The notes below the pieces were generated by a model that worked only from the letters and a program-made list of their open reading frames with translations, searched no databases and had not been told where the DNA came from. The translations under genes and the position numbers were made by a program. Source: Andalucia godoyi And28 (taxonomy: Eukaryota; Protista; Jakobida). Taken from it: a stretch of 64,000 nt of DNA. The DNA lies in NCBI GenBank assembly GCA_009859145.1, contig VRVR01000048.1, forward strand, positions 39,328 through 103,327, given 5' to 3'. Shown in pieces: positions 42,557-54,830 of the stretch. The first letter of the stretch is position 1. Every line of letters begins with the position of its first letter.

Positions 42557-43129
42557 TCTGTACGCTTATATGATGCAATGCAATATCCTCGCTACCAATA
42601 AATAATATATATATATATAACACTCCCCACCACCCCCAAAAAAAAAATTTAACAAAAATAAACTTCAGAACCAAATAAATCCACAAAATAATTATTATTT
42701 CCAAAAAATTTGAAAGAGAAAAAATAATGAATTAATGAAAATATCAGAACTTTTAAATGTCAAAATTCTGATTTCAGAGAGAACGAGGTCATTAATGGGC
42801 TGGGGAAAATAGAGGGACGATGACAAGCCTTTCTTTCTGCGGACAAAATACCCACGGTGGATTCAATCTGCCCCGATTGGCACGCTTTCCCCAGCTTTCA
42901 CTTTCTTTCTCGTTCTTCATGAAAAGAATCACGTGATGCAACAACCAAAACACAATCTGCATCGGAGACTTACAGCAGGTTCAAGCAGACGGAAAAAACC
43001 GTTGAAAAAAAAAAACGAACACGTATACGATAATAAAATCATCTGAGAAGAACGTGCGCAGTTTGCAATGCAGATTGTTTTGGTTTTCTTACGGATTCTG
43101 TCTTACAAAGAAAAGAAAAGGGTACAAAG

Positions 43130-44752
43130 ATGGACGGTGCGATCGTTGAAGATGAGCAAAACAGCTCGGAGGGGGATTTGTCAGTCTGTCGCGAGGAGTC
43201 AGTGGTGATGAGTCCCCCAGCAATTGAGATCACTCCAGGAACCCCGGTAGCAGACAACAGCACCACGCTTTTTATGGATGGGCTGGAAAGGGGGGAGAAG
43301 GAGGGAAAGGAAGGAAACAATGATGGTAGTTGTGCGGCCGAAGAAATGCATGAAGACGCCCGACCGGCGGAACTGGGAGGCAGCGCGGAGGCTTCAGGAG
43401 TACTATCCGGTGCGGAAGCAGCGGAGGACATTCCAGACGCGGAAAGCGTGGTGGAAACGCAGTGCGGTCAGGAATCGGAGCTGTTGCTGTCTGAGAAGCA
43501 GGTTTCGGAAGGCCCGATCGTTGCGGAGGCTTTGACAGCTGGTGGCGATGCCGCGGAAGAGCATGGCACGGCTGAAGGAGAGGTGCGAGGAAGGGAGATG
43601 GAATGTACGCATCGTGCGCCAGCGGAGATCCAGGAAGAAGCCGGTGTCGAAGGAAGAGACATGAAGGATGAGTCGGAAATGCGTTCTCCGATCATCAACG
43701 GCGAACGAATTGCGCGAAGCATGAGCATGTCTCGTGAGTCAACATCCAAATCAAAGAAGACTCCAGCGACAAGTTCGGTTTATGCGCACAGAGTATCGAA
43801 TCGCGACAGGTTCATGGGATTGCAACGGCCACCGGCCCCTGCCAAGAAACTGCAGCCGCAACTGCAGCCGCTGTCAGGACCGCTGTCAGGACCGCTGATG
43901 GAACTAGCAAAGTACAATGCAAGGATAGCAGCCCTGCCGCCGGTCCCTGCGACACACATGGGAGTTGCCGCCAGCAGCGAAAAGGCGCCGGAGATCAGTG
44001 TACCAACAGCAGCAGGAGGATGTCTGCATCCAAGGTCCTCGGCCGTCGAAGAGCAGCCGTCGGTGGTCCAGTCGAAGCCAAGGGCACCCAGCGCAATGGC
44101 ATCCAGTCGACGGACAGGGACAGAAATATCAACCAGCAGAAATGCACACAACGGGGTGTCTGCAAAGGGGCGCGCAGAGAGCGCGATGGCTACAAGTAGA
44201 AGACTCGACACATCAAGAACAAGCCACGCCCAGCTCAGTAGCTCCAGGAGCTTTGCATCAACCAACGTCAAATCGGTACGCTTGCGCTCTCATCGTCCTC
44301 CCCACCAATATGGAAGACCAATCCCCGCATTCGGAGCTGTTTTCTCCCCGGGGCCAGTTCACAGTCTGCCATCCACGCTGGGCCAGGGAAGGAAATTCAC
44401 CTTGAAGTCCAGAATCGAAACGAATCCAAAAGACAAGGAGCTGTGCAAAATGCCAGGACCCGGACAGTACAATCCAAGAGAACCGAATGACGTGCGCAAG
44501 ATTTCCCTCCACGGCCGCATTCCGGTGAATCTACCTCGAGCACCAACACCGGGTCCCGGATCCTACAACATTGACGAGGCTACCGGAATTGGAAGCAGCA
44601 TGATTATGAAGAAACACGGCGTGACCCTCAAGAGTCGAATCCCACCGCAGGCCGCTGAGAATGGTGCGAAGTCAATACCTGGCCCCGGAACGTACGACAT
44701 TCCTTCCACTGTCGGTGACGGTCCACAATTTGTCTTTGGAACGGCTTGGTAG
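43130..44752 (+). CDS. SHIPPO-1/ODF3-like PGP-repeat (axonemal) protein with an acidic N-terminus
   Basis: SPGPVH, MPGPGQYNP, TPGPGSYNI, IPGPGTYDIPSTVG and [FI][TS]L[KH][SG]R linkers. Confidence 0.8.
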   Translation: MDGAIVEDEQNSSEGDLSVCREESVVMSPPAIEITPGTPVADNSTTLFMDGLERGEKEGKEGNNDGSCAAEEMHEDARPAELGGSAEASGVLSGAEAAEDIPDAESVVETQCGQESELLLSEKQVSEGPIVAEALTAGGDAAEEHGTAEGEVRGREMECTHRAPAEIQEEAGVEGRDMKDESEMRSPIINGERIARSMSMSRESTSKSKKTPATSSVYAHRVSNRDRFMGLQRPPAPAKKLQPQLQPLSGPLSGPLMELAKYNARIAALPPVPATHMGVAASSEKAPEISVPTAAGGCLHPRSSAVEEQPSVVQSKPRAPSAMASSRRTGTEISTSRNAHNGVSAKGRAESAMATSRRLDTSRTSHAQLSSSRSFASTNVKSVRLRSHRPPHQYGRPIPAFGAVFSPGPVHSLPSTLGQGRKFTLKSRIETNPKDKELCKMPGPGQYNPREPNDVRKISLHGRIPVNLPRAPTPGPGSYNIDEATGIGSSMIMKKHGVTLKSRIPPQAAENGAKSIPGPGTYDIPSTVGDGPQFVFGTAW

Positions 44753-44988
44753 CTCCTTTGTACATATCAGTATACAATAAAAGAAGCAAAACTCTTGCAT
44801 GTCGCACTGCTCGTTTCCACGGTGAGCAAATCGCTAAATACTTGTATTTTTAATGAATTTTCTTCTTCTTTCAATCAAACAAACAGAAAGGAAAGAAAAA
44901 AAAACAGCATCATGCTTTCATATTATACCAATGATGACGTCCATCATGTTGCCCTTCTCTTTTTCTCTCTTTTTTGGTCGAGATTCTG

Positions 44989-46594
<1,606 letters not shown>

Positions 46595-46760
46595 TAAAAA
46601 AAGTGGTCCTTTTTTTCCCGAGATAACAATCAATTAATATATATATATATATATATATATATAAAGAAAGAATGGTAAAACAGATAAACAGACTGAAAGA
46701 ACCGAAACGAAACGAACCAGCTTTTTTTGGGGGCAAAGCGTGGCATCAAGTGTGGCGGGT

Positions 46761-46789
46761 AGCGACTGGAGCGACTGGAGCGACTGGAG
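46761..46789. repeat. 9-bp tandem (AGCGACTGG)3 upstream of RUVBL2
   Basis: Three perfect units seen directly. Confidence 0.85.
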
Positions 46790-47121
46790 AGGGCGAGTGC
46801 ATCCGAGTACGGCAGGTGACCGATTGAAAGACTAACTACTGGTAGGTGCCTAGCTCCACAGGGGAGAGGTGCAAGAAAAACGTGGAGAAGAGGAAACGGA
46901 GGTCCCGAGGGCCGATGGGGAGTGCAACGGGCTGCTGCTGACGGCGAACAGGATGACTGGAGGAGGAGAAGACATGCAACGCCAGGAGGCTGGAGTACAT
47001 CAGCAGGAAATAGTCGGTGGTGACGGCGCAGCTTCCCAAGGTTGTTTTTGTTTGTTTTTTTTCCTTTGACGCTCTTTTTGTCTTGCATTATGTTGCTGCT
47101 CTATTGGGTGATTTGCTGTTT

Positions 47122-47835
47122 TCATCCAAAGCATATTGAAGAAATTTCAATGTTGTCAGGCTCTGAACGAAACGACAGTCGTCGAAGCATAGCAAAGTGA
47201 GCAGCACCGGGCGATGCAAACACCACTGTCCATGACGTCGATTCTGGCGGCGCAGGGCCTGCAGACGCAGGGCAGTCGATGTTACGAAATCCTGGTATTG
47301 AGTAAAACAGGAAGCGGACTTGGCGAGCGGTAACTGGTGCTGAAAACACTACTTGAAGCACCTTGGATGGGTGCTCGGTGTCGCGGGCACGAATGCGCGC
47401 CATCCCGTGAGACAAGACATGATCCACACACACCTGCACATCATTTCTGGAGTTAGGAGGGAAGAACTGCTGAAGAAAGATCGTTGACTCGAAAGCTGCA
47501 TCCTGGACACATTCTGCGGGTGTTCGATGCAACCCGGGGACAACCAGCCCACCTGAAGCGGTTCGTTCGCGCGGAACATCCATCTGCATCGAAGGGTTTC
47601 GTCTTTGCAGTCTCTGAAAGGGCAGCGTAGGGTTCTGGTACGCTGCAACTGCTTGTGCATACGACGCAAAACTAACGCTCGCACACGACCCCGGATGCAC
47701 GAATGACACGCTCGGCACATCGGACAACTCGACTCCGCTGTATCCGTCACACAGAAAAAAACAGTCTTCAATGTCCGGTAGCTCCACCGCGCTTGGAATC
47801 CCCTTCAGCGGAATCACTCCACTACCGCTAGGCAT
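47122..47835 (-). CDS. Two-module degenerate RRM-like protein, probable paralogue of the 35781-38951 gene
   Basis: IEDCFFLCDGY...SVSFASYAQAVAA and TARQVRFLFYSIPGF...WTVVFASPGAAHFA; ATG at 47835. Confidence 0.62.
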   Translation of the reverse strand: MPSGSGVIPLKGIPSAVELPDIEDCFFLCDGYSGVELSDVPSVSFVHPGSCASVSFASYAQAVAAYQNPTLPFQRLQRRNPSMQMDVPRERTASGGLVVPGLHRTPAECVQDAAFESTIFLQQFFPPNSRNDVQVCVDHVLSHGMARIRARDTEHPSKVLQVVFSAPVTARQVRFLFYSIPGFRNIDCPASAGPAPPESTSWTVVFASPGAAHFAMLRRLSFRSEPDNIEISSICFG

Positions 47836-48083
47836 TGTTCCTGGGCGTTTCACCAATTCGACGTTCAAAAACCGTTTCTCCTGCTCTGCTTTCGACGTTT
47901 TTGTGCGACCACTTCTGAACCTTCTTTTTGAATTTCTCGGTTGACAGCTTTTTGTGTATCACCACTGAACACCAAACAATGCGATTTTCTTACCGTCGCC
48001 AAGTCCAAAATTGAAATTCCTTACGAAAGTTCCCCGTCAAACAACTGCGTTCTGTTTTTCTGGTTTTATTCATTATTTTTCTT

Positions 48084-48114
<31 letters not shown>

Positions 48115-48270
48115 TTGTTATTATTATTATTATTATTATTGCAATTTTTAAACAGTATGCTTCATAGATATTTCATATTGATACCGTACGCCGTACCGGT
48201 ACTTACCTTTTTGTTGACAGTTTGTTTGGCATGTACACGGGAGGAGGGGGATTATAAGATGGACGGGTGT

Positions 48271-49368
48271 TCATGCCTTGAAACTGCGATGCCAAAACAT
48301 TGCATCCTCGCCGACCTTGGTCTTGAACTGAAATCCAAACTGGGCAAGATGCTCTTTGATTTCGGCGAGCCGTCCGTTTTCTTCCACGCCAATGACGTCG
48401 ACTCGAGTCTTGTCGAAGTCAATGCTCTTCAACACAGGCAATTCGTGGCCCTCGACATCGACTGACAGATAATTGACGTGATCGATGTTGTGCATGTCGA
48501 AGAGATACTGCGGTCGAACACAATGCACTGTAAGGATCTTGTCATCAGCCTTCTTTCCATGCTTGTTCGTCTCTTCCAGCCCAGAAAACTCATCATCGGA
48601 TTTGAACACAAACTTGCACATCTTGTTCTCTGTGGATGCGGCAGCATGGTAAACATGCGGCCTCGGTCGCCAGTTGAGAATTGTCTTCACGGCACTTGGA
48701 TTCGCCTCCACCAGAATACCGTTCCAGTTCAAACAGTGATCCAATAGTGCAGAATTCGAGTGTGTCTCCCCGTCATACGCACCAATATCTACAAAAACAC
48801 CGTTCTTCATCTTCTTGAACACATCCGCAATGTACAGGTCCTGTCCAAACTGCGAAAACCCATGCTCCCACATCAGATAATTCGAAGGATGCAAATTCGC
48901 AAGGAACTTTTTGCACAGCTTTCCGTTATGTTCCTTGTTTTCTGCAACCGTTCGTTGCGAAGGAAGCACATACGACTCTGCGAAGTTCGGGTGGACCTGC
49001 TCAACAAGTTGTGACGTCCATGTCGACCCCACTGCTGCCTCCTCTCCCTCTCCCTCTCCCTCTCCATTTCCGTCGGACGTCTTTGACTTTCGGCTCTGCT
49101 CCAAACTCGTCCTTTTCTGCTTCACTGGAAGTTTCACCGTTGCAGAGGCAGAGGCAGAGGCGATGGATGCCGAGGTTGACGATTCCGAGTCTTCAAGAGC
49201 GATTGAGAATGGCGGCGAACGGCTCCCTGTCGCACTCGGGACTGTCGACGGCGCAGCAGGCTTCGGTTGCGGCGTCACAATAATGCAAAATAAAATATTG
49301 AAAAATATCAGTGAAGCAATGATCACTGCAGTTCGGTTGTACTGACCAGGACGATCAGCATTCATCAT
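48271..49368 (-). CDS. FkbM/Methyltransf_21-family methyltransferase, type II membrane protein
   Basis: N-terminal TM (AVIIASLIFFNILFCIIV); SQFGQD, FVDIGAYDGETHSNS, WNGILVEAN, YLSVDVEGHE. Confidence 0.88.
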   Translation of the reverse strand: MMNADRPGQYNRTAVIIASLIFFNILFCIIVTPQPKPAAPSTVPSATGSRSPPFSIALEDSESSTSASIASASASATVKLPVKQKRTSLEQSRKSKTSDGNGEGEGEGEEAAVGSTWTSQLVEQVHPNFAESYVLPSQRTVAENKEHNGKLCKKFLANLHPSNYLMWEHGFSQFGQDLYIADVFKKMKNGVFVDIGAYDGETHSNSALLDHCLNWNGILVEANPSAVKTILNWRPRPHVYHAAASTENKMCKFVFKSDDEFSGLEETNKHGKKADDKILTVHCVRPQYLFDMHNIDHVNYLSVDVEGHELPVLKSIDFDKTRVDVIGVEENGRLAEIKEHLAQFGFQFKTKVGEDAMFWHRSFKA

Positions 49369-49753
49369 TCTAAGTAACGTTACCTGCCGGTTACCAGCCC
49401 GTCCAAAATGAAAAGCGTAAGGTGCAAGGTGCAAGGTGTGCGTGTGCGTGTGCGTGTGTATGGCTGTGTCCCCGTCGCCTATTGCCAGCGACCACACGTG
49501 TCCTTTCCTTTCAAGCCCCAACTTGCGAAGAAAACAACGAATAAAGCATCCAGTGCTGAACTACGGCCTCTCAAACGACGGGATCGATCGACCATCAAAG
49601 GCAGGGTGCTTGTGTATATATCAGTTATTTATTTATTATTGCATTTTTTTTTTTTTAATAGTCCGCGAATGCCTGAGAGGAGGGCCCGTCTCGGTTTCGA
49701 TTGAAGATGATGGGTGGTCTATGCGAGCTGGCGCGTTTGTTTTCTCGTCCAAA

Positions 49754-49761
49754 CAGCAAGC
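49754..49761. repeat. Left 8-bp target-site duplication CAGCAAGC
   Basis: Identical to 54823-54830. Confidence 0.92.
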
Positions 49762-52700
49762 TAGTCATGGGGCTAACGTAACGCATGTTAGGCTAACGTG
49801 CGATGCTGGCCACAGTTAATCTCCGCTAACTGGATGAGAGTTGACGCTAACGCCAGGCCGCCAGGCGTCAGCATCGGCGACTTGACGCTGTCTCCCGCCA
49901 AAATTCGGCGGGAGCACAAACAACACAAATCCCCAAGAGGCCGAGACCCTTATCTTTCGGTTTGGACATTTTGACCTTTCCAATTTCCATGATCATTCTT
50001 CTCTTTTCGAGAGCAGTCAAGTGTGTCTGTTTATCAAGATTTGGGTGTGCCTTGAATATTTCATGTCTAAAACTTCAGAATCTGTTGCTGATCTCAGGGA
50101 GAAGGCTCGTCAGATTTTAAAGAATCGCACTGTTTCTCAACGACAAACTGAACCGTTCGCCTGGTCTTTGCCGATAGTGCGTTGGCATGACAAATACCCG
50201 CTGGTTCCAGTTGATACTTCTTCGCGCTCCTCTCCTGTTTGGAATTTTTTTGGTGTTTCCCCCGAAAATGATTCTGAAATGATCCGTGACAGCAAGGAAC
50301 ATCCAGAAGTTTGTTGTGCACTATGCGTTTTCAGAATGAGCGAGAAGCCGAAGACGTATCCGTATCTAAAACCGACAACGGACAAGCTTCGAGATCATTT
50401 AGAATCGAAACATCTTTCGGACTGGAAAGCTGTTTCCTCGCCGCAAACAGGCGTCGTACCCTCTATCGGCAACTTCTTTGCCAAGCCTCTGACAAATAGT
50501 CGCAAAAAGGAACTCCGTGAAGCCATTGTTTATATGATCTGCCATGATATTCAACCTTTGTCTGTTGTGGAGAACAAAGGTTTCAAGCAGCTCCTCGAAA
50601 TGCTTGAGCCAAGATTTCAAATCCCGGATCGACAGCATCTGTCACAGACGTTGTTGCCTCAGATTGAAAAGGAGATTCATGATTTTGTCGGCGATTCTCT
50701 TTCACAGGAGGCATCAGGAGTTTCTCTGACGACAGATGGATGGTCGTCGAAAAATGGCCATCATTTTGTTGCAGTGACTGCGCATTTTGTGAATGAGGAC
50801 TTCCAAATTGTGAATGTTCTGTTGAGATGCCTGCCCTCAGGGGAATCCACGGACTCCTTGCGCACAAGCCTTTCCAAATGCCTGGAGGATTATGGAATTC
50901 GACATGATGCGATCGTTTCAGTAACGACTGATAACGCTGACGTGCAAGTGAACGCCGTTGTGAATGCCAGTCTCCCGCATCTTCGTTGTTTCATCCATAC
51001 TTTGCAATTAGCAGTCCAAGGATCTCTTAATAACCGAGTGTGTGATTTCGTCGTTGAAAAGGCCAAGAAAATAATGGAATTCTTCCATCGCAGCAATAAG
51101 GCAACTCATGAACTGGTAGAGTATCAAAAACGAGCCGGCATCGCCTCTCCTCTCACAATCAAAACTGAATGTAAGACGCGATGGAACTCTCTTCTGTATG
51201 CGCTTGAACGACTGCTGAAACTGAAAGACTTCATCGAACTTGTGTTGGTTGCGATCAAGCGTGAAGATCTACGGATGAATTCTGTTGAATGGTCGTTCAT
51301 TGAATCGTTGCTTCCTGCGTTGCGTCCTTTCGAACAAGCCACCCGTTGGTTCTCCATGAATCAAGAAACGGTTGCAAGCCTCGTTATTCCGACTGTTAGG
51401 ACGCTATTCAGTCTCTATCCCGATCACGATGAAAGAACGATCCGAGAGCTGCAAGCCAACATGAAGACAGTCGACAAAACTGACGTGATCGACGCATCCA
51501 TCGCTCCACTGGAGTTTATTTTTGTGGATGAATCTCTGGACTACGTAGGACCAACTTCCAAAAAATCTCGCAAGAGAAAATCGCAGTGTCCGCAAACGGT
51601 TGAAGCAGAAGTTTCATCGGTGACTTCCGAGTTGTGCAATGCAGCACTTTCTTCAATTCGTTTAGCTTTTGGAAATCACCTAAGGGCGCGTTTGAAAACG
51701 TTTCTGGATTCATCGATGCTAAAGATGTGCACTCTCCTCGACCCGCGAGTCAAAACAGGGTACATGCCATCGAGCGAAAGACGTGAGGTAGAACGGTTGT
51801 TATCTGATTTGTTGCGTCGAGAAGCAGGATTCGGGAATGATCCCGCTCCGTCTCCAAGGAACAATACTCCACACTCTCCATCCGATGCTTCTCAAAATTT
51901 CCGGCTCATAGGTCCGATATTTGAGGACGACGAGCATGTATCCAAAGATGCTTTTGAGTCAATTGTCACGTCTTATATGAATCATGCATGTCGTTGGCTT
52001 GGTGACGATCTTCCAACGTGGTCTGAAACGTGGAAATCGCTGCAGTCACTGTTTCCTCAAGTTGCTGCCATAGCCCGCAGATACGGAGGTGTTCAAGCAT
52101 CCAGCGTGAGCAGTGAGCGTGTGTTCTCCATTTCTGGATACACAATATCTGACCGACGTCGCCGTCTTCATCCGACCACTGTCAACAGTATGATGCTTAT
52201 CCACGCAAACTACGATTTTTGCAAGACGGACCGCAAAAGAAGGGCAGACGCTGGTTGCGAAGATGCGAGGCCTCCTAAACAGCCTGCAATTTCGCCTTCA
52301 GATCCCAGTCCATTGCATCGGAAATGAGTGAAGAGTATTTTCCAAGACAGGTTTCAGTTATTTAATGAATGTGTGTTTTGCAACATCCTGTAATACGTCC
52401 AAAAGAGCAAGGAATGAAATCATTGGATTATTTAACATTCATGTCCGGAAGTATATATATCTGTGTACAATAATCGTATGGCGCGAAAAATGAGAACGTC
52501 GTCTATAATACCCCTTCGCATATATATTACGCAGGACCCACGCACGTCATCACGTTCTCACGATAGCTTGATCCGCGACAAACTGTAATTTGTTTTTTCA
52601 AGTGAGACATGAGAGCAACAAGTGGAGAAATGTGCGTGAAAATGCGTAAATCGTAACACATGTGTGGTTGCCCATGTATCTTCGTCCCTGCACAATGTCG

Positions 52701-54822
52701 ACATCCTGATTTTAAATTCGTAAAGCAACAACCGGATCGATATTTTGTATTCCAAATTGCAAATCCCTCGATTCTTCGATTGCAGCGTGCCTCACAACAT
52801 GTGGCACTCAGGCTCTTAATTGACACACTCTTTTGAACTAACTCACAATTAATCTCCCACTTTGACACATCGAAACAGACAAATTCGATCATGGGTCAGC
52901 ATACGTTCGCTTGCACTTGCACAAAATCGTTCCCACTCCCTCTCCATTTTGCCCCATAGAAGGCATCGTCCCCTTTCTGGCAGGAAATGGCAGATTCCAA
53001 TATCATACTTCAATGGATCTTGCCACAACAATTCCAACACCTTTATTTTTGTCACACAAACAGATTTCTGTGGAAGAACCTCAACGATCATTTTCAGCTC
53101 ACAACGCACAAAATAGGTCTTGAACGACGGTGAGCCACAGGGCACAGAGGCCAAACTGTTCCGGGGAGGTATGGTCGATGGTCACGACGGAAGTGATGGT
53201 TGAAAATGCAATCCACTGGATGCCTGCCGTAGCATTACTCATTGGACAATCCACGGCAGTGTTGTGGCAGCGGATAACTGCTCGGTCGCTTTTTTTGCTT
53301 CTTGACTGGTACGCCCACACCAGACGATTTCAATTACATTTCCAGTGTAAGGCGTGACAGATTCTTTGGGATACTCTCTTCCGGAGACCTGCAGCCGCGT
53401 CGAGAATGGCAAATTCGTGTCTCCTTTGCAGTATCCGGACACCTTAGGATCAACTCGTCCTACTCCCGGAACAAAGCGAGACGTCCTGCATTTCAGGATG
53501 TCACTTATGACTTTCTTTGTTGAAACACTACATTGCGAATACACTAAAAATGCGTTTTGCGACCTGAGCAGTGTTTTCAGATCAAAACGCTCAAATTACA
53601 ATAATGAATGTTGTCAGTATGGAGGCATGGCATGGAGACTTGCGGAAACACTTAAATATCATAAATGCTTCATTAGCGATGCAATGAAAGTAATAGAAGG
53701 TCCTTTTTGGCAGCGTCAAGAAGATTATGGAGGCCACTGTGAACTGGGTACTGACAGCCAACGAAGCATGTTAATAACGAAGCTGCTGTAAATTGACCTA
53801 GTTGTAATATGAAATTGTGAATTGTTACGACCCAATTCCAAGTCGATTTTAGCCCCAAAAGCGACAATTTTTGGGTTACAAAGAGATCTTGTTGTGGATG
53901 TTGGGCTTATTCGAAATCGCGTCTTGGTAACGAGGTGTGACAGAAATGTAACAGAAATGCGCGGACATGCAAACTCACTCCGGTCGTCTTAGGGAATTAG
54001 CAACCAGCCACAACTACTGCGGTTGTCAACTTCCAAAATGAAGACTGCTGCCGAGGAGCGGCCGTCTTTCAACGGCTTATTGCATCCTGGAACAATCGGC
54101 GTCTCCACTCTCCAGCAGAAAGTCCAAAGATTTCACAAAGCAGGCTCGGAATCCTTCAGTGACATCCGCGAAAGCATTTGAGTTCAGTGCATTGCACTCC
54201 GATTATTGTTCCTAATGACCGACTGCGTTATACTGAACCGCATGTCTCTTGCTGAATTTAGAATCATAGAACTCAGTTAGTAACTAGAAATTGCTCCTGA
54301 AGAAGCGGTCTGTACCCGTCCCTGAGAGCACAAGATGCGACTCGTACAATTGCAAGAAGGATTCGTATGCACTCGGGGTTGCATCAGAATCAATGCATGG
54401 CGCATCTCCTTCGTGAGATGCAGAGAATCACTCGAGGAATAAGACCTTCGCTGTGTCGCTCTTTCAACATTCCTAGACGACGCACTGAGCAGACTAGAGA
54501 GTGGGTCAGTGGGGTCCTGATTCCTGATTCATCCCACATTACACAATACACACCAGTAGTAGAGTGATGTTTACAGTGATATATCCAAGAACAAACGTGC
54601 AACAGTACATTTTTTCAGTATGGAATATGGATGCACGGCAGTCAAAATCAATCTCATGTTTCATGATTGCAGGAACAGTGACACCTGGAGGCCCCGACAT
54701 AACTCCTAAGTCGCTAAACCACCGTAATCACGACAGAGCAACGGGCCAACGGCCGTTAACGCGCGTAGTTCATTTCTGTCGTACCTTCAACGGCGCAGTT
54801 TTTCAGCGTTACCCCATCACTA
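49762..54822 (+). mobile_element. Complete hAT-superfamily DNA transposon, 5061 bp
   Basis: Left end TAGTCATGGGGCTAACG; right end (reverse complement) TAGTGATGGGGTAACG; perfect 8-bp TSD; subterminal (T)AACG repeats; internal transposase ORF. Confidence 0.93.
50063..52327 (+). CDS. hAT transposase (BED finger, DDE core, dimerisation domain), uninterrupted
   Basis: VWNFF...CALC...HLESKH (BED); SLTTDGW, VTTDNA, CFIH, TRWNS, ASSVSSERVFS. Confidence 0.95.
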   Translation: MSKTSESVADLREKARQILKNRTVSQRQTEPFAWSLPIVRWHDKYPLVPVDTSSRSSPVWNFFGVSPENDSEMIRDSKEHPEVCCALCVFRMSEKPKTYPYLKPTTDKLRDHLESKHLSDWKAVSSPQTGVVPSIGNFFAKPLTNSRKKELREAIVYMICHDIQPLSVVENKGFKQLLEMLEPRFQIPDRQHLSQTLLPQIEKEIHDFVGDSLSQEASGVSLTTDGWSSKNGHHFVAVTAHFVNEDFQIVNVLLRCLPSGESTDSLRTSLSKCLEDYGIRHDAIVSVTTDNADVQVNAVVNASLPHLRCFIHTLQLAVQGSLNNRVCDFVVEKAKKIMEFFHRSNKATHELVEYQKRAGIASPLTIKTECKTRWNSLLYALERLLKLKDFIELVLVAIKREDLRMNSVEWSFIESLLPALRPFEQATRWFSMNQETVASLVIPTVRTLFSLYPDHDERTIRELQANMKTVDKTDVIDASIAPLEFIFVDESLDYVGPTSKKSRKRKSQCPQTVEAEVSSVTSELCNAALSSIRLAFGNHLRARLKTFLDSSMLKMCTLLDPRVKTGYMPSSERREVERLLSDLLRREAGFGNDPAPSPRNNTPHSPSDASQNFRLIGPIFEDDEHVSKDAFESIVTSYMNHACRWLGDDLPTWSETWKSLQSLFPQVAAIARRYGGVQASSVSSERVFSISGYTISDRRRRLHPTTVNSMMLIHANYDFCKTDRKRRADAGCEDARPPKQPAISPSDPSPLHRK

Positions 54823-54830
54823 CAGCAAGC
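54823..54830. repeat. Right 8-bp target-site duplication CAGCAAGC
   Basis: Identical to 49754-49761. Confidence 0.92.

Noticed and set aside
46790-47090. GC-rich short frames between RUVBL2 and the small RRM gene
   Set aside because: No convincing start, motif or splice model.
54010-54160. Frame reading FQRLIASWNNRRLHS, reminiscent of an integrase C-terminal motif
   Set aside because: It is a roughly 50-codon fragment bounded by stops with no DDE motifs nearby; too weak to call.
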